Shown: in pieces, positions 34,526 to 46,955 of the stretch
How positions within the stretch are numbered: the stretch's first letter is position 1
Layout: the number at the start of each line of letters is the position of its first letter
Source of the DNA: Chiloscyllium plagiosum
Taxonomy: Eukaryota
NCBI RefSeq assembly: GCF_004010195.1
Contig: NC_057749.1
Coordinates: 17,781,597 to 17,845,596, forward strand
DNA length: 64,000 nucleotides
Direction: 5' to 3'
The notes under the pieces: generated by a model
Told to the model about the DNA's origin: nothing
Database searches by the model: none
The model's input: only the letters and a program-made list of their open reading frames with translations
Translations under genes and position numbers: made by a program

Positions 34526-35189
34526 CCACTGGTGCTGTCTCTGTCATTGTTAGGGAAAGACATTTTCTTCGCGTGAGCTACTCCCGCCCTGCTCAACCCA
34601 CGACAGAAACAGCAGAGAGCAACCCTAGACATTGCCACTTTCCTGATGAGCCTGGGGAACTGTGGAGTTGGCTTCTTCAGGGTGCAGTGTTAATGGGTGC
34701 AGCGTTAAACTCCAGGAAATCAATGGATTCAGCTCCACTCAAGCAGCTCATTAAACAAGTGGGATAGACAGATTATTTGGAAACAGGGTCCACTTGATCA
34801 CGGCTATTGCACAGTCCTTCATCAGCAACCTCTCTGTAAGCAAAGCCTTGCCAATCTTCCCCAGAGTGTTTGCCCCTTGCTCTCTTGTTTCTAATCGACT
34901 GTGATGTTCGAGGGTGCTGTTTGAAGCAGTTGCATTTACTGATTGCCTCTCTGTCTCTCTGTCTCTCTGCAAGAGCGCACAGGAACAGCAACGGACTAAT
35001 GAGACACCTGCACAGCCCCAAGATGAAGGTACAAAGTCAGGGAGGCAATAATCAGTCAGCACTTTACAACACTAACAGCAGCACAGGCACACTTGGCTTC
35101 CATCAGTGATTGATGAGGAATCCCTTGAGGGCATGGAACATGCTCTTTCAAGCTTAGGGATCACATGTTAGATACTTTTGCTTTCTAGG

Positions 35190-35415
35190 GTAAAGTGAGG
35201 ACTGCAGATGCTGGAGATCAGAGTCGAGAGTGTGGTGCTGGAAAAGCACAGCAGGTCAGGCAGCATCCGAGGAGTAGGAGGATCGATGTTTCCGGCAATA
35301 GCACTTCATCAGGAATGGTTCTTCCTGAAGAAGGGCTTTTGCCCCAAACATTGATTCTCCTGCTCCTCGGATGCTGCCTGACCTGCTGTGCTTTTCCAGC
35401 ACCACACTCTCGACT
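35190..35415. mobile_element. Palindromic mini-element of two inverted PLE family A termini
   Basis: Arms at ~35222-35315 and ~35323-35415 are reverse complementary, each with a degenerate hammerhead core. Near-perfect direct repeat tactttYgctttct at 35173-35186 and 35415-35428. Confidence 0.88.
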
Positions 35416-35819
35416 ACTTTCGCTTTCTGATCCATGTTCCTCCCTTCCTGCTTCTTGCCAGCTGGGCACCCATCCTTCACAGAGGCCATTCATCTGGAGG
35501 GTCATCAGAGCTGCCCCAGGTCCTCCTCAGTCCTCACCTTCTGAGTGACTAGATACGTGGTGAGAGTGGGAGTCCTGCTCAGATCCTGCTGTTCCATCAT
35601 CATTACAATGAGCTTGTGATGAAAAGGCTTCAGAGAGGAGGGTGAGGGGCTATGGAGACCCGGGAGGAAGGCTGAGATTACAGTTATGTGGAGAGAATTG
35701 TGATGCTGGGATTATTCTCTTGAGCACAGAAAAGGAGGGATTTAACAGAATTATTCGGAATTAACAAGGGCTTGCCTGAAGGAGAAACTACCAAGAGGAT
35801 CAGCAACATCCTAGACCTC

Positions 35820-36125
35820 ACAGGATATGGACATCACTGGCTGGGCCAACATGTATTGCCCATTCCTCATTAACCAGGGGCCAGTTAAGAATCAACCATG
35901 TTGCTGTAGGTCTGGAGTCACATGTAGGTCGGACCAGGTAAAGATGGTAGGATGCCCTCCCTAAAGAATGTTAGTGACCCAGGTGGATTTTTCCAACAAT
36001 GGTTTCACTATTATCATTTTAATTCCACCATCTGCCATGGTAAGATTTGAACCCCTGCCCTCAGAACATTATCTGGGTGCCTGGGTTAAAAGGCTAACGG
36101 TAAATCCACTGGGGCTATCACCTCT
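35820..36125 (-). mobile_element. L2/Crack-related 3' repeat
   Basis: Homologous to 11555-11912. Confidence 0.65.
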
Positions 36126-37282
36126 TCTGTGCAAGTTGTAACTTGTCCAGAACTATTCTGGCCTGCTCCTGCTCTCCCTGGAGAACATTGATATCCCCTA
36201 GCCCACCCTCGCTTGACTTCCTGTCACGATTTCAAAATATTGCTCGCAGCCCCCTCTGCACCAGTCCATCTTGCTCCCAGGGCTTTCCTCCGACATGTCA
36301 TGTGTCAGTACGGGTCTCCTCTGACATCAGATGGAACAGCCAGTATTGACAGTGCACGTTATTCCCAGGGCACCCTGCAATGACTCCCTTTCAGAAACCT
36401 CTGCCCAGGAGACATCTTTGTTCATTTCTTCAGCCACAATCAATACTCTGCCTGCTAAATTTTTTCTCCATCGCTGTGGAGACTTATTGCTTGAAGATAG
36501 CTGTGGAAGTACAAATTGTTACTGGTATGTAGCTTATTTCAGCACTGGGTCATGCACAGACCAATCAAGTAATCAGGAAAGCAATTCTCGACCTTTTTAA
36601 TGCTGAATTAAATAACAAAGTTGTTCTGATATAATCGCCAGTCACTGTAAACAAACTGTAATAACAGTCACAATATAAACAATTAACACATTCATTTCCT
36701 CAATATATGATTACAGGTTCATTCATCTGTTACTTACTTTGCACCATTTGCTGGCTGACTAATTGGAATATTTTTGTGTTAGTGCATCCAGGTGATAATT
36801 ACATAATTGGAGCCCTTAATGTGAACACAAATCCTTATAAACCAGTAATCTGCAGGCAGTATTAAAAGTCAGAAATAGGAGAGTGTGGTTCTTTACCGAG
36901 GGTTGGCCATTACATGTTGTAAATGGAATCTGTTCCAGCTAACTGTGTTAATGAAGTGTCAGTAACGGTGTCGCATACAGGAGCCTGTTTCTGGGTTAGT
37001 GAAGCTTCCTAAACTCCAACACCTCCAGCCCACACACAATGTTTACACCCTGGCTCCTACTGAAATCATCATTCTTCACATCTCTTAACTCAGTCATCGC
37101 TTAGATTGCAATGTCCAAGCTCTCCTCTCCCCTGGTTTTTCAATGTCAAGAATTGCATCCATGAAAGCCAGCTTTCTCTCTGGCTGTCTCTGGTCTTGCT
37201 AATCCATGGCATTTGAGCCCAATGAGGATGCTGGAGTCTTGAAGGAAGTGATCAGGTCAGTGAGTAATATAGGTAAGGTCAT

Positions 37283-37492
37283 TGTTGTGGTTCTGTTCGC
37301 CGAGCTGGGAATTTGTGTTGCAGCCGTTTCGTCCCCTGTCTCGGTGACACCCTCGGTGCTTGGGAGCCTCCTGTGAAGCGCTTCTGTGATCTTTGTAGTG
37401 GTTTGAATCTGCCGCTTCCGGTTGTCAGTTCCAGCTGTCTGTTGCAGTGGCCGGTATATTGGGTCCAGGTCGATGTGCTTGTTGATTGAATG
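37283..37492 (-). mobile_element. Short PLE family C-related 3' fragment with mutated hammerhead (37320-37359)
   Basis: SINKHIDLDPIYRPL (Poseidon-like C-terminus). Minus strand GCA-CCGAGGG-T-GTCACC-gagaca-GGGGAC-GAAA-C-GGC-TGC. An 11-bp TSD ggtaaggtcat lies at 37272-37282 and 37493-37503. Confidence 0.82.
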
Positions 37493-37709
37493 GGTAAGGT
37501 CATAGAGTGGGACCTCAGACCTAACTTCAAGAGACACCTCTCTCACCGTGACTGAGGCACACAGTAAAACTGGTGAGAGGGTAACTTACAACAGGACCTT
37601 GGGAAAGGCTCATTCTCTGTCATCTTGTCTCATTCAAGATTCAGTTGGAATTGTAAATGGGGAGTTTCCTGGATGGCAGATCTGATTCAGTCCCTCATCT
37701 CTGTTTATT

Positions 37710-38045
37710 TATTTTTATTCATGCACTGGAGATGGGCACCACTGGCTCGGCCAATATTTATCACCGATCCCTAATTTCCTGGTGAGCAGTTAATAGTCAA
37801 ACACATTGCTGTGGGTCAGGAGTCACATGTAGACCAGACCGGGTAAAGATGGCAGATTTCCTTCCCTGAAGGATTTGAGTGAACAAGATGTGTTTTACAA
37901 CAATGGCTACACATCACCATTAGGTCTTTATTATACTCTAATTTCACCAGTTGCCACGGTAAGATTCAAACTCATGCCCTCAGAAATTAACCTGGGGTGT
38001 GTGACTACTAGCCCAGTGACATTACCATTACACCAGCACCTCCCC
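37710..38045 (-). mobile_element. L2/Crack-related 3' repeat
   Basis: Homologous to 11555-11912. Confidence 0.65.
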
Positions 38046-41000
38046 TGTCCAGAGGGATTCTGATCTGCACAATTGGCTTTGCCAAATCTCAGCTGTGGTT
38101 TGTAGCCAGCACCACCATTGGTGGAGCACTTCCTCTGTGTGTGGGAGCAACATTCAAGTGACATTTGGTGCTCTCCTGAAAAGATTTGTAATGTCTTCAC
38201 GATCCATCCAATGTTTAATTTAACACTTACATCATCTACCCATTGTGCATTTTGGGATAGAGAGAATGGTTATGATTTTAAAGCGATAACTTTAGTAACT
38301 TATGAGCTTCTTCCTGAAGACGCCTTTGCAACAAAATAATTCTTCACTACAATTCTCCTCCTTTCTGAGGGACAGTGTGCTGTCAATGGTACAACTGCAT
38401 GATAGATGACGGCGGCCATGTTAAACGGTGACGGCCATCTTGTACAATGGGAAAACCCATTCTGGTTTTGTTCCAGAGCCTGTGATTTCATTTTGTTTTA
38501 GTGCATCCCATCATGCCCCTTCATTTACACGTGCACAGTACACTGACTGGGGCCAGCCAGCTCAGAGTCAGTCCCTGAACTGAGGAGATTCTGAATTCCC
38601 TGTTTAGATGTCCCCCTGCTCCCTGCCTCTGCCCCTCCCCCACTGTAAGGGCCTGTGATTTCATTTGCAACGTGTTCATTGTTGCATTTGAGCTAATTAA
38701 GACCAAAATGGGAGTGGTTGGTAATTATGATAATTTAATGTGTGAGTTTCAAAATCATCTGCAGGGGATTATCGGAGCAGGAGAAGATGATTGAACTGAA
38801 CAGTCTTCAATCTTTGAAAAATCCTGCTCAGTCCAGACTCGAGGAACTGAAAGCATTGTTCAGGCTGAGATGTCAGCACAGTGGTGATGGAGTGCCACTC
38901 TGTTAGAGATACTCTCTTTCAGATGCAATATTGAAGCTTGTTCCAGTGTTGCTGGAGCTTGTGAACGATCTCACGGCGCTATCTGAAACTTCACGAGGAA
39001 CCCTTTGACTGAAAGAGAAATGAAGCAGTCTTTTATCTGCTGATGCTGGGATCTTGCTGTGTGCAGATGGCTACCACACTTGCCTCATTGACATCAATGT
39101 TCCTGCAAACATTTCAACATCTAAGACACCCTGAGTAATGGAATACAGCGGTTCAGGTACACAAGGCTCGCTAATGATGTGGTGGTCACTAATTTTTGTG
39201 TTAAGCACTTATCCTGATTATTGACAGCAAGATAAATCTTAGAAACGGAGCTGTTACAGAAGTCTCCAGTAATAGGTTAATTTGACACAGGACTAAATGG
39301 AGGGTACAATGGAGCTTTCACAACAAGAGAGAGGGTTGATGGGTGTTTATGTATTTTGTTTCAAAATGTATAATGGAATTTTTTTGAGCTTTGTCCAGCT
39401 TTGGAAATTGTTAGAATTTTAAAATGTTCAAACCACAAACCATTCAGTCAGTGGGCCATCTAAGGGATATTCATAGACAAGTTTCCACTCTGTTCTTATT
39501 ACACTGCCACTGTATTCAATGAAGCAAAATGACAAATGTGAATGTTTACCAGCCAGGGATTTTTCCACCTCATTTAACACGACTTAATAGAGTAGACCCT
39601 CAGCAGACACTGGCCAGCAGCCAATCCATGGCTCACACAAACCTAGCAACAGGTAAAGCTGTCAACAGGCTTGATGAATGGAGATTTGGAATCTCTGCTC
39701 CATACATAACAGCCCATTGCTGCCGTATCCGTACCAAATCGATAAAATAACCGAGACTGTGCCACCTTTGCCCGGTGTGGTGTTCACCAAAGAACGATCG
39801 CATAATGCCAGACAGGAATAAATCTCTCTCTCTGACCTGCTATGTACTGTATGTTACAGAGGACCATGCAACAGGAGTGTGTCAGCTGAGAGTGAGTTAC
39901 AGGTTTTAATTACATTGCTAGTTGTAAAATGATTAGTTCAGAAAAAACATTTGATTTATGGATGTTACTGTAAACTCAGAACAATCATTCAGCATTAAAA
40001 AATAATTTGTAACTTATTAACTGAAGAGCTTTTCATTCCTGATGTTTAAGATATCTGCCATGAACGCTTTAATTACTGAATTGATTGGTCAGCGATCTAT
40101 AAAGCACAGGGTTAATGTTGATCCTGTTCTCCTTTTGTAACAGAGAGTCGCAGAACATCCCATAGTCAGGGTTACTAAGCATGGTATCCCATAGTTGGGG
40201 GAACCAAGGGCAGTGAACAAATTGAGAGCAGGAGGTGTTGAAGGCAAAAGTTCTGACAATTCCAAAGCTCTGCTCCACCACCACCACCACCACCACACTG
40301 GTTGAAGCATCAACAACAACATATCTGTGCGCTCTGCATCAGTTAAAGAGTTACATAGTGCTGTCACCAACACTAGTTGTAGTAAATAGCTCTTGTCCTC
40401 TCGTAATCAGTCTGGCACCTCAAATGCAACAAGGTACCTCAGCGCTTCAGGACATAGGCATCACGAGAGATGCCAGGCAATACTTCCAAGAGTAGTAATG
40501 ATGATCATAGATTATCCTAACATTAATTAAATGGAACTCCTTCCTGTTAATAAATGCTACAGTGTTAAAATCTGGCCCTCTCGGTGGGACATGCAATTGA
40601 TGACGCCCTGCATGTTTCCAAATCTTCCTGCCGGGGCTACAGCACCGACCTTCTCAGGAAACGAAATGAAGTGCTGGTTGAAGTTGGATGTATGAAACAG
40701 TTTCTCCTCGAGAAAAGAGTTTGTTCAGAACTGGTAAGAAAAATGCAACCTCAGTGTAATGGCTTTTGTTGGAATTCCAGACCAGAAGTGTTTGATTAGG
40801 ATCCTGATGGGATTATTTGAGGCTAAGGAAGTCTCAGCTCTATTGTATGTCCAATCAAGAAAAAACTATCAAACCCTTAAGAGTAGAAATTGGAATAAAG
40901 AAATAAGTTGAACCTATCAATGTGAAAGAGAAGGCAATTCTCTCTGGTGTTTGAGTCCTATCACATGTAACATTGTCTTGTTGGCATAGAGGAGATTATA

Positions 41001-41072
41001 TTTCACTATGCATTTTGAAATATTTCAAATTGTAAATAGGTTGGTTCATTCTATTTTACTTTCATTCATTTT

Positions 41073-41382
41073 GGGGTGGCACAGTGGTTAGCACTGCTGC
41101 CTCACAGCGCCAGGGACCCAGGATCAATTCCCGCCTCAGACGACTGTCTGTGTGGAGTTTGCACATTCTCCCCGTGTCTGCGTGGGTTTCCTCCGGGTGC
41201 TCCGGTTTTCTCCCACAGTCCAAAGATGTGCAGGTTAGGTGAATTGGCCATGCTAAATTGCCTGTAGTGTTAGGTGAAGGGGTAAATGTAGGGGAATGGG
41301 TCTGGGTGGGTTGCGCTTTGGAGGGTCAGTGTGGACTTATTGGGCCGAGGGGCCTGTTTCCACACTGTAAGTAATCCAATAA
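41073..41382 (+). mobile_element. HE1-type V-SINE
   Basis: A/B boxes, V-domain and tail ccacactgtaagtaatc. Confidence 0.95.
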
Positions 41383-41534
41383 CTTGTTGTTTTATTGTTA
41401 AAACCAAATTTGCAACATTGCAGCTGTGTTCCAGTGAAAAACAACCTCATTAAATAAAAAAACTATGATCTATCAAGTCAGGTTTCACCCTGGGATCTGA
41501 ATGTCCAGTATTAACAACACCTGGGATCATAACA
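41383..41534 (+). mobile_element. 3' end of a solo-LTR-like element (5' boundary unresolved, upstream of the SINE)
   Basis: atgatctatcaagtcaggtttcaccctgggat...tgtccagtatt...tcataaca is similar to the end of the solo LTR at 54867-56114. Confidence 0.5.
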
Positions 41535-42559
41535 TCCACATATTGGAATCGTATAGGGAAGTTAGTTAGCTGGTTTTGATTGGTGGAATTTGCTTGAAGA
41601 GTGCATGACATCAATCAGAGATGGAACTGAACTTGAGTTTGATGTTCTTTCTGTCTAGGGGCTACATAGCATTTTCCAGCAAAGTTGCCATGAAGAATTT
41701 GGTGAGATACTGGTAACTGTAGCTTGTGTGAAAGCTGCACTCTTCAGGAGAAGACAAGTGGAAATTCATTTTTATATTAAAAATGACAAAAAGAAATCTT
41801 GCGGAGCAATTGATTTGTCATGTGGAGAGTGAATGAAGTATTCCTTCTGTACAGTGCAGCCATGCATACTTACTTCACAACTCTAGAGATTGAGTTGAAA
41901 ATCAATTGAGAATCACAACAACAGGTTATGATATTTTTACAAGTAGGCGTGTAAAACCACCCAGCGAATCCAGTCAGGGTGCTGTGTGGGGGCATGCATG
42001 GAATTGCTTCATCATTTCCAACTCGCCCTGAACCTGGATTTGTTTCGATTGTGAATTTTGTGGCCTATTCATCTTGCTGTTGCAGATCTTTATTTTTCCA
42101 GTTGGCTTTCTCCCTCTTTTACTGAAATCCAGCCGTACTGGGACTCAATCCCTCAGCAACTGATCCCACCAACAACACCTCGCTCCTCAGGCTGGAGTGA
42201 GCGTGAGCAGTTGGGACATTGTGGAGCAGAGATTAATCCATCTGCACGTCTGATTTCCAACTGGGATTGCCGGTGTGGGAATGGGAGCCAAATGGAAGAA
42301 CATTCTCCTCACTCCATATCTGTAGAGGACACGGGATGCATGGTCTCCCTGAAAACCAGCAAAGGTCAGTTAACACAGCAGACAGTGGGAGGCAGCCTGA
42401 AGCTGCCTTGACTTGGTGAGCACAGCTTCATGTTAGTGCTGTCAGTGATCGAGGTGTGGATTCTGCAGTCTCTGTGACAGCATTAGCTATCAGACTGTTG
42501 CTGATACAGGTGGTGATCTTTAGGGACAGACAGATCAAATCAGAACAGAAGCAAGAAAA

Positions 42560-42836
42560 GACTCAGTGGTTATCACCACTGCCTCACAGTGCCAGGGACC
42601 TGGGTTCGATTCCAGCCTCAGCCGACTCTCTGTGTGGAGTTTGCACATTCTCCCCGTGTCTGCGTGGGTTTCCTCCGGGTGCTCCGGTTTCCTCCCATAG
42701 TCACAAAGATGTACAGCTTAGGTGGGTTGGCCATGGGAAATGTGTGGCTATGGGGATTGGGTGGGATGCTCTTTGGAGGCTCAGTGCAGACTTGATGGGC
42801 TGAAAGGTCTCTTTCTACAGTATAGGGATTCTATGA
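42560..42836 (+). mobile_element. HE1-type V-SINE (older subfamily)
   Basis: ctcagtggttatcaccactgcctcacagtgccagggacctgggttcgattcc...V-domain...gggattctatg. Confidence 0.88.
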
Positions 42837-43193
42837 AATGATAAGCTGACAGGTGGCATCCAAGAGAGTGGCGATGGTGCCACACGTCAGGTAACGAGCT
42901 CGGCTTTGGGCGCATTTTCCTGTTTAGCCTCTTTAGCCCAAAGAGAGCCTGAATCCTGCTATGTCAGGCTGACCTACAGTTTTGAGCAGTTACGTTGCTG
43001 ACGTCCAAAGTAAAATAGTAGATAACAGTTGTATTTTCAGCCCCTTACATTTAGCAGTGTCATGTCAAGGATCCTCTCATTTTCACTCTGGTCGGGAGAC
43101 TGTAGCTTTTCCATTAAACACAGTAATGCCCCAGGATACAGCTGCTTGCAAAGCAGAGTTTCATCCTCCTCAATGCTGCATCCCTACAGCATC

Positions 43194-43364
43194 GCGAGCG
43201 TGGTGCTGGAAAATTACAGTAGGTCAGGCAGCATCCGAGGAGCAGGAGAATCAACATTTCGGGCATAATCCCATCCTCGGATGCTGCCTGACCCGGCTGT
43301 GCTTTTCCAGCACCACGCTCTCGACTCTGAGCTCCAGCACCTGCACTCCTCACTTTTGCCTTGT
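43194..43364. mobile_element. Palindromic PLE family A terminus mini-element
   Basis: Inverted arms around ~43270. A 13-bp TSD tccctacagcatc lies at 43181-43193 and 43365-43377. Confidence 0.85.
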
Positions 43365-43623
43365 TCCCTACAGCATCAGGTTGGAATGTAAGCAGAGGGA
43401 GATTGGTGCCAGTCCTGTACTCACTGCTGTCCTCCTGGTCACTTCCCACCCCCTAATATATAGAGGGATGGGAACAGCCTGGGAGGAATATCTGTCTTAC
43501 GTAAGAAAAGGTAATATTCACGTGGTGCTACCTAACAACTTCCCCTTCGCCCACCCAGTACATAGCAAATCCAGGCCAAAGCTAATCTCTCATATACCTA
43601 TAGGGCAGATACTCTGACCATTA

Positions 43624-43928
43624 TTAGATTAGATTAGATTACTTTACAGTGTGGAAACAGGCCCTTCGGCCCAATGAGTCCTCACCGACCCGCCGAAGCG
43701 CAACCCACCCATACCCCTACATTTACCCCTTACCTTACACTATGGACAATTCACCTTAACCTGCACATCTTTGGACTGTGGGAGGAAACCGGAGCACCCG
43801 GAGGAAACCCACGCAGACACGGGGAGAATGTGCAAACTCCACACAGTCAGTCGCCCGAGGCGGGAATTGAACCCGAGTCTCTGGCGCTGTGAGGCAGCAG
43901 TGCTAACCACTGTGCCACCGTGCCACCC
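43624..43928 (-). mobile_element. HE1-type V-SINE nested in a DeuSINE relic
   Basis: Reverse HE1 with (GATTA)n tail. The flanks join as a Deu-domain-like sequence (...ctgaccattat / cactatcgtgtgttgttggtgagaatttactgtgcacaaattgg...gctatacaaatgcaag). Confidence 0.92.
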
Positions 43929-46387
43929 ACTATCGTGTGTTGTTGGTGAGAATTTACTGTGCACAAATTGGTCACTGTTTTCTCACTATCACAGCAGTGA
44001 CATTATGTGCTTTATTGGCCATAAGATATTTTTGACTATCTGGAGTTCTTAAGGGTGCTATACAAATGCAAGATCTTTCCATTGTATTCCTTAGTAATTG
44101 GTGAGAAAGACATCTCTGGCCCAAATTGAATTAGTTGCAAAATGCTGTGCCCAGCACTCCCTCAATCTGGGGAGGGAAAGTTCTTCATGAATTCAGTTGT
44201 TTATCGAGACTCGACTCTCTGGTATCTCAGAGAGCAGACCATATGAAGAAAATTCTTTACAGTGGCTGTGTTTACAGAGACATATGAACATTGTACACAG
44301 CAAGATCCCATTGTAAAAGGGGATTGAGATGGAGGACAAGTTGGGTTTGGTTTTGGCTGAGACATGAACGTTGGTTGTGAGAGTAGGGAGACATCCTTCT
44401 CTACTGTTCTTGTCCTAAGTCGATGGGATTGTGGTGAGCAAATATCTCTTATGGAAGACCCTGTCAGTATGTGTCCTCAGAATCTGTGATGATCTCGCTG
44501 TATGGAGATGGACTTGTGATGGACTTTCAAAGGGTGAGAATTTCATTCCCATTGATTTTGTTTTATTGAGCATAATTTCAAGTCGATTTAAAAAAAAATA
44601 AACTTATATATAAACAGTCTGATCCAATCATCGATTCTTGAGTGGATGGACCCTACTGGGGCAGTTACCATTGTTTCAGTCATTTGTGATAACCTAATAT
44701 CAGCATTTTAGTTTTTTTTCCTAATTAACCTGTTCAGACATGATCTGACGCATCTCCATGGCAAGGACTTAAACCTGGTCTCCTGGCCTAGAGGTACGGA
44801 TATTACCACTGAACCAAATGAGCCCTTAGATTTGCTGCTATTTCATTGACTGTAAAACCTGCCAGGAATATCAAAATTTTATACTTATTTTTAACTCTTG
44901 TTCCAATTTGTTTCTTGTTATACTTCTGTACTTTTTGTTTAGCTGAGATGTTACTTATTGAGTATTCTGCTGACTGAACACAATTATCTCAATTCTTTAC
45001 TCCTGGTTATTTTAAATGGGGGAACACTCTGTTAAAGTAAAAAAAACCCAAAGAATGTCATATAAACAAACCAGGAGCTTATGGTTTCTTATCAAAGGCA
45101 ATTTCCAAATCTCCATCTCAATGCATCGCCAGTGTAAACATTTCTGCTCATTACAGTAACTTCCAATATCTCCTCCTGACGCGACTTTCTGTTGAATTCT
45201 CTCTGAATTCTCATTGACAGCAGTTGCTAGGGCACCAGCAGCTGGGATTTCCTCACATCCCCTCCCTAACTCTCCCTTCTCCAAAACATTCCTGCATCTG
45301 AGCACACTGTCCAAATGTCTGATTTTATGTGGCTTTTGTCAGATGTCGCTTGAACACTCTGTGTACAGTGCATTGGGTTGGTTTATGGTTTAAAAAGCTC
45401 AAGGCAAACACATGTTGACGCTGAGGGTGCTATTTAAATGCAAGCTGTAGTATCTACAGCAACTGACTGCATCACCATGATTTTCTTTTGTATGGTATGC
45501 CTTAGGATCTGAAGTAGGGATATGATATACACGGCCAGCCTGCAGTCTGTTCAGATCCACAGTATCGGGCTGTCAGCTGTGCGGAGTCTTTGTTGTTTCC
45601 TTTTGTTCAGCATCACGTTAGGATTATCCTGCAGCTGTTGTGAGGAGTGTATCACAGACTTCACTTCTTCTATTACAGAGACCCTTCACAATTCACATTG
45701 CTTGGAGGCCTTATCATTTCAAGGATTGTGGAAAAGGGGATTTATTTCATGTTTTGTGAACATTGCTGGAGTGTTTTCTATAAAAGAGGTCATTGAAGGT
45801 CCACTGTGGTCATTGCAAGTTTTTGTGAACAAGGCTTCATGAAACCACATGACTGGTGAGAACTGCTTGCTTTTTCTGGGAGCTCTGTCAAGACAGTTTG
45901 AATGGCACCTGGTTTGGAGCAGTCTTTGTTTTGTCTGGAGGGAAGAACACAAAGAATACACTGAGTTGGAGAAAAGCTTACTAGGAACAAGTGGCCCAGC
46001 TGATCACTCCCATTTTTTAGAAGAAAGACCTCTACCTCAGTTCAAGGTTAAACCCAAACAGTTCTTTTAAAATACTGATTAAAAGAATATCCCATTAACT
46101 GCATGTTAACTAATTATTACATTTCAACAAATTAGGTTTCTTTGATAATGAAACCATAATTATGTTTATTAAATTTTCTGATTAATTGTTTTTGTATAAC
46201 AACTGATACAAATGAATTATTCATATGGCCATCTGGAAAATGTATTTCAGTTTTGTGCCGTGACCTGTGGTGTTGTAGACAAGAGCAATGGGGCACTCAC
46301 TCACTTGGAACAACTGAGATACCTGGGCAGACTTCTCGGGCCTGAAATCACAAAGTGTTAACCATTTTCCAGATTTCGCTGGACAGG

Positions 46388-46955
46388 GATATGGTTAGGC
46401 CACTTTTGGAATACTGCGTGCAATTCTGGTCTCCTTGCTATAGCAAAGATGTCATGAAACTTGAAAGGGTTCAGAAAAGATTTACAAGGATGTTGCCAGG
46501 GTTGGAGGGTTTGAGCTACAGAGAGAGGCAGAACAGGCTGGGGCTATTTTCCCTGGAGCGTCGGAGGCTGAGGGGTGACCTTATAGAGGTTTATAAAATC
46601 ATGAGGGATATGGACAGGATAAATAGTCATGATCTTTTCTCTGGGGTGGGGGGAGTCCAGAACTAGAGGGCATAGGTTTAGGGTGAGAGGAGAAAGATAT
46701 AAAAGAGACCTACAGGGCAACTTTTTCATGCTGAGGGTGGTGTGTGTATGGAATTGAGCTGCCAGAGGATGTGGTGGAGGCTGGTACAATTACAGCATTT
46801 AAAAGACATCTGGATGGGTATATGAATAGGAAGGATTTAGAGGGATTGGGACCAAATGCTGGCTAATAGGACTAGATTAATTTAGGATATATTGATCGGC
46901 ATGGACGAGTTGGCCGGAAGAGTCTGTTCCATGTTGTACATCTCTGACTCTATGA
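46388..46955 (+). mobile_element. HER1/CR1 LINE 3' end (young)
   Basis: VRPLLEYCVQFWSPCYSKDVMKLERVQKRFTRMLPGLEGLSYRER..LGLFSLERRRLRGDLIEVYKIM, plus a 3'UTR ending tgactctatg. Confidence 0.95.

Noticed and set aside
42982..43617. 211-aa ORF
   Set aside because: It reads through a palindromic PLE mini-element and a DeuSINE relic, so it is a chance ORF.
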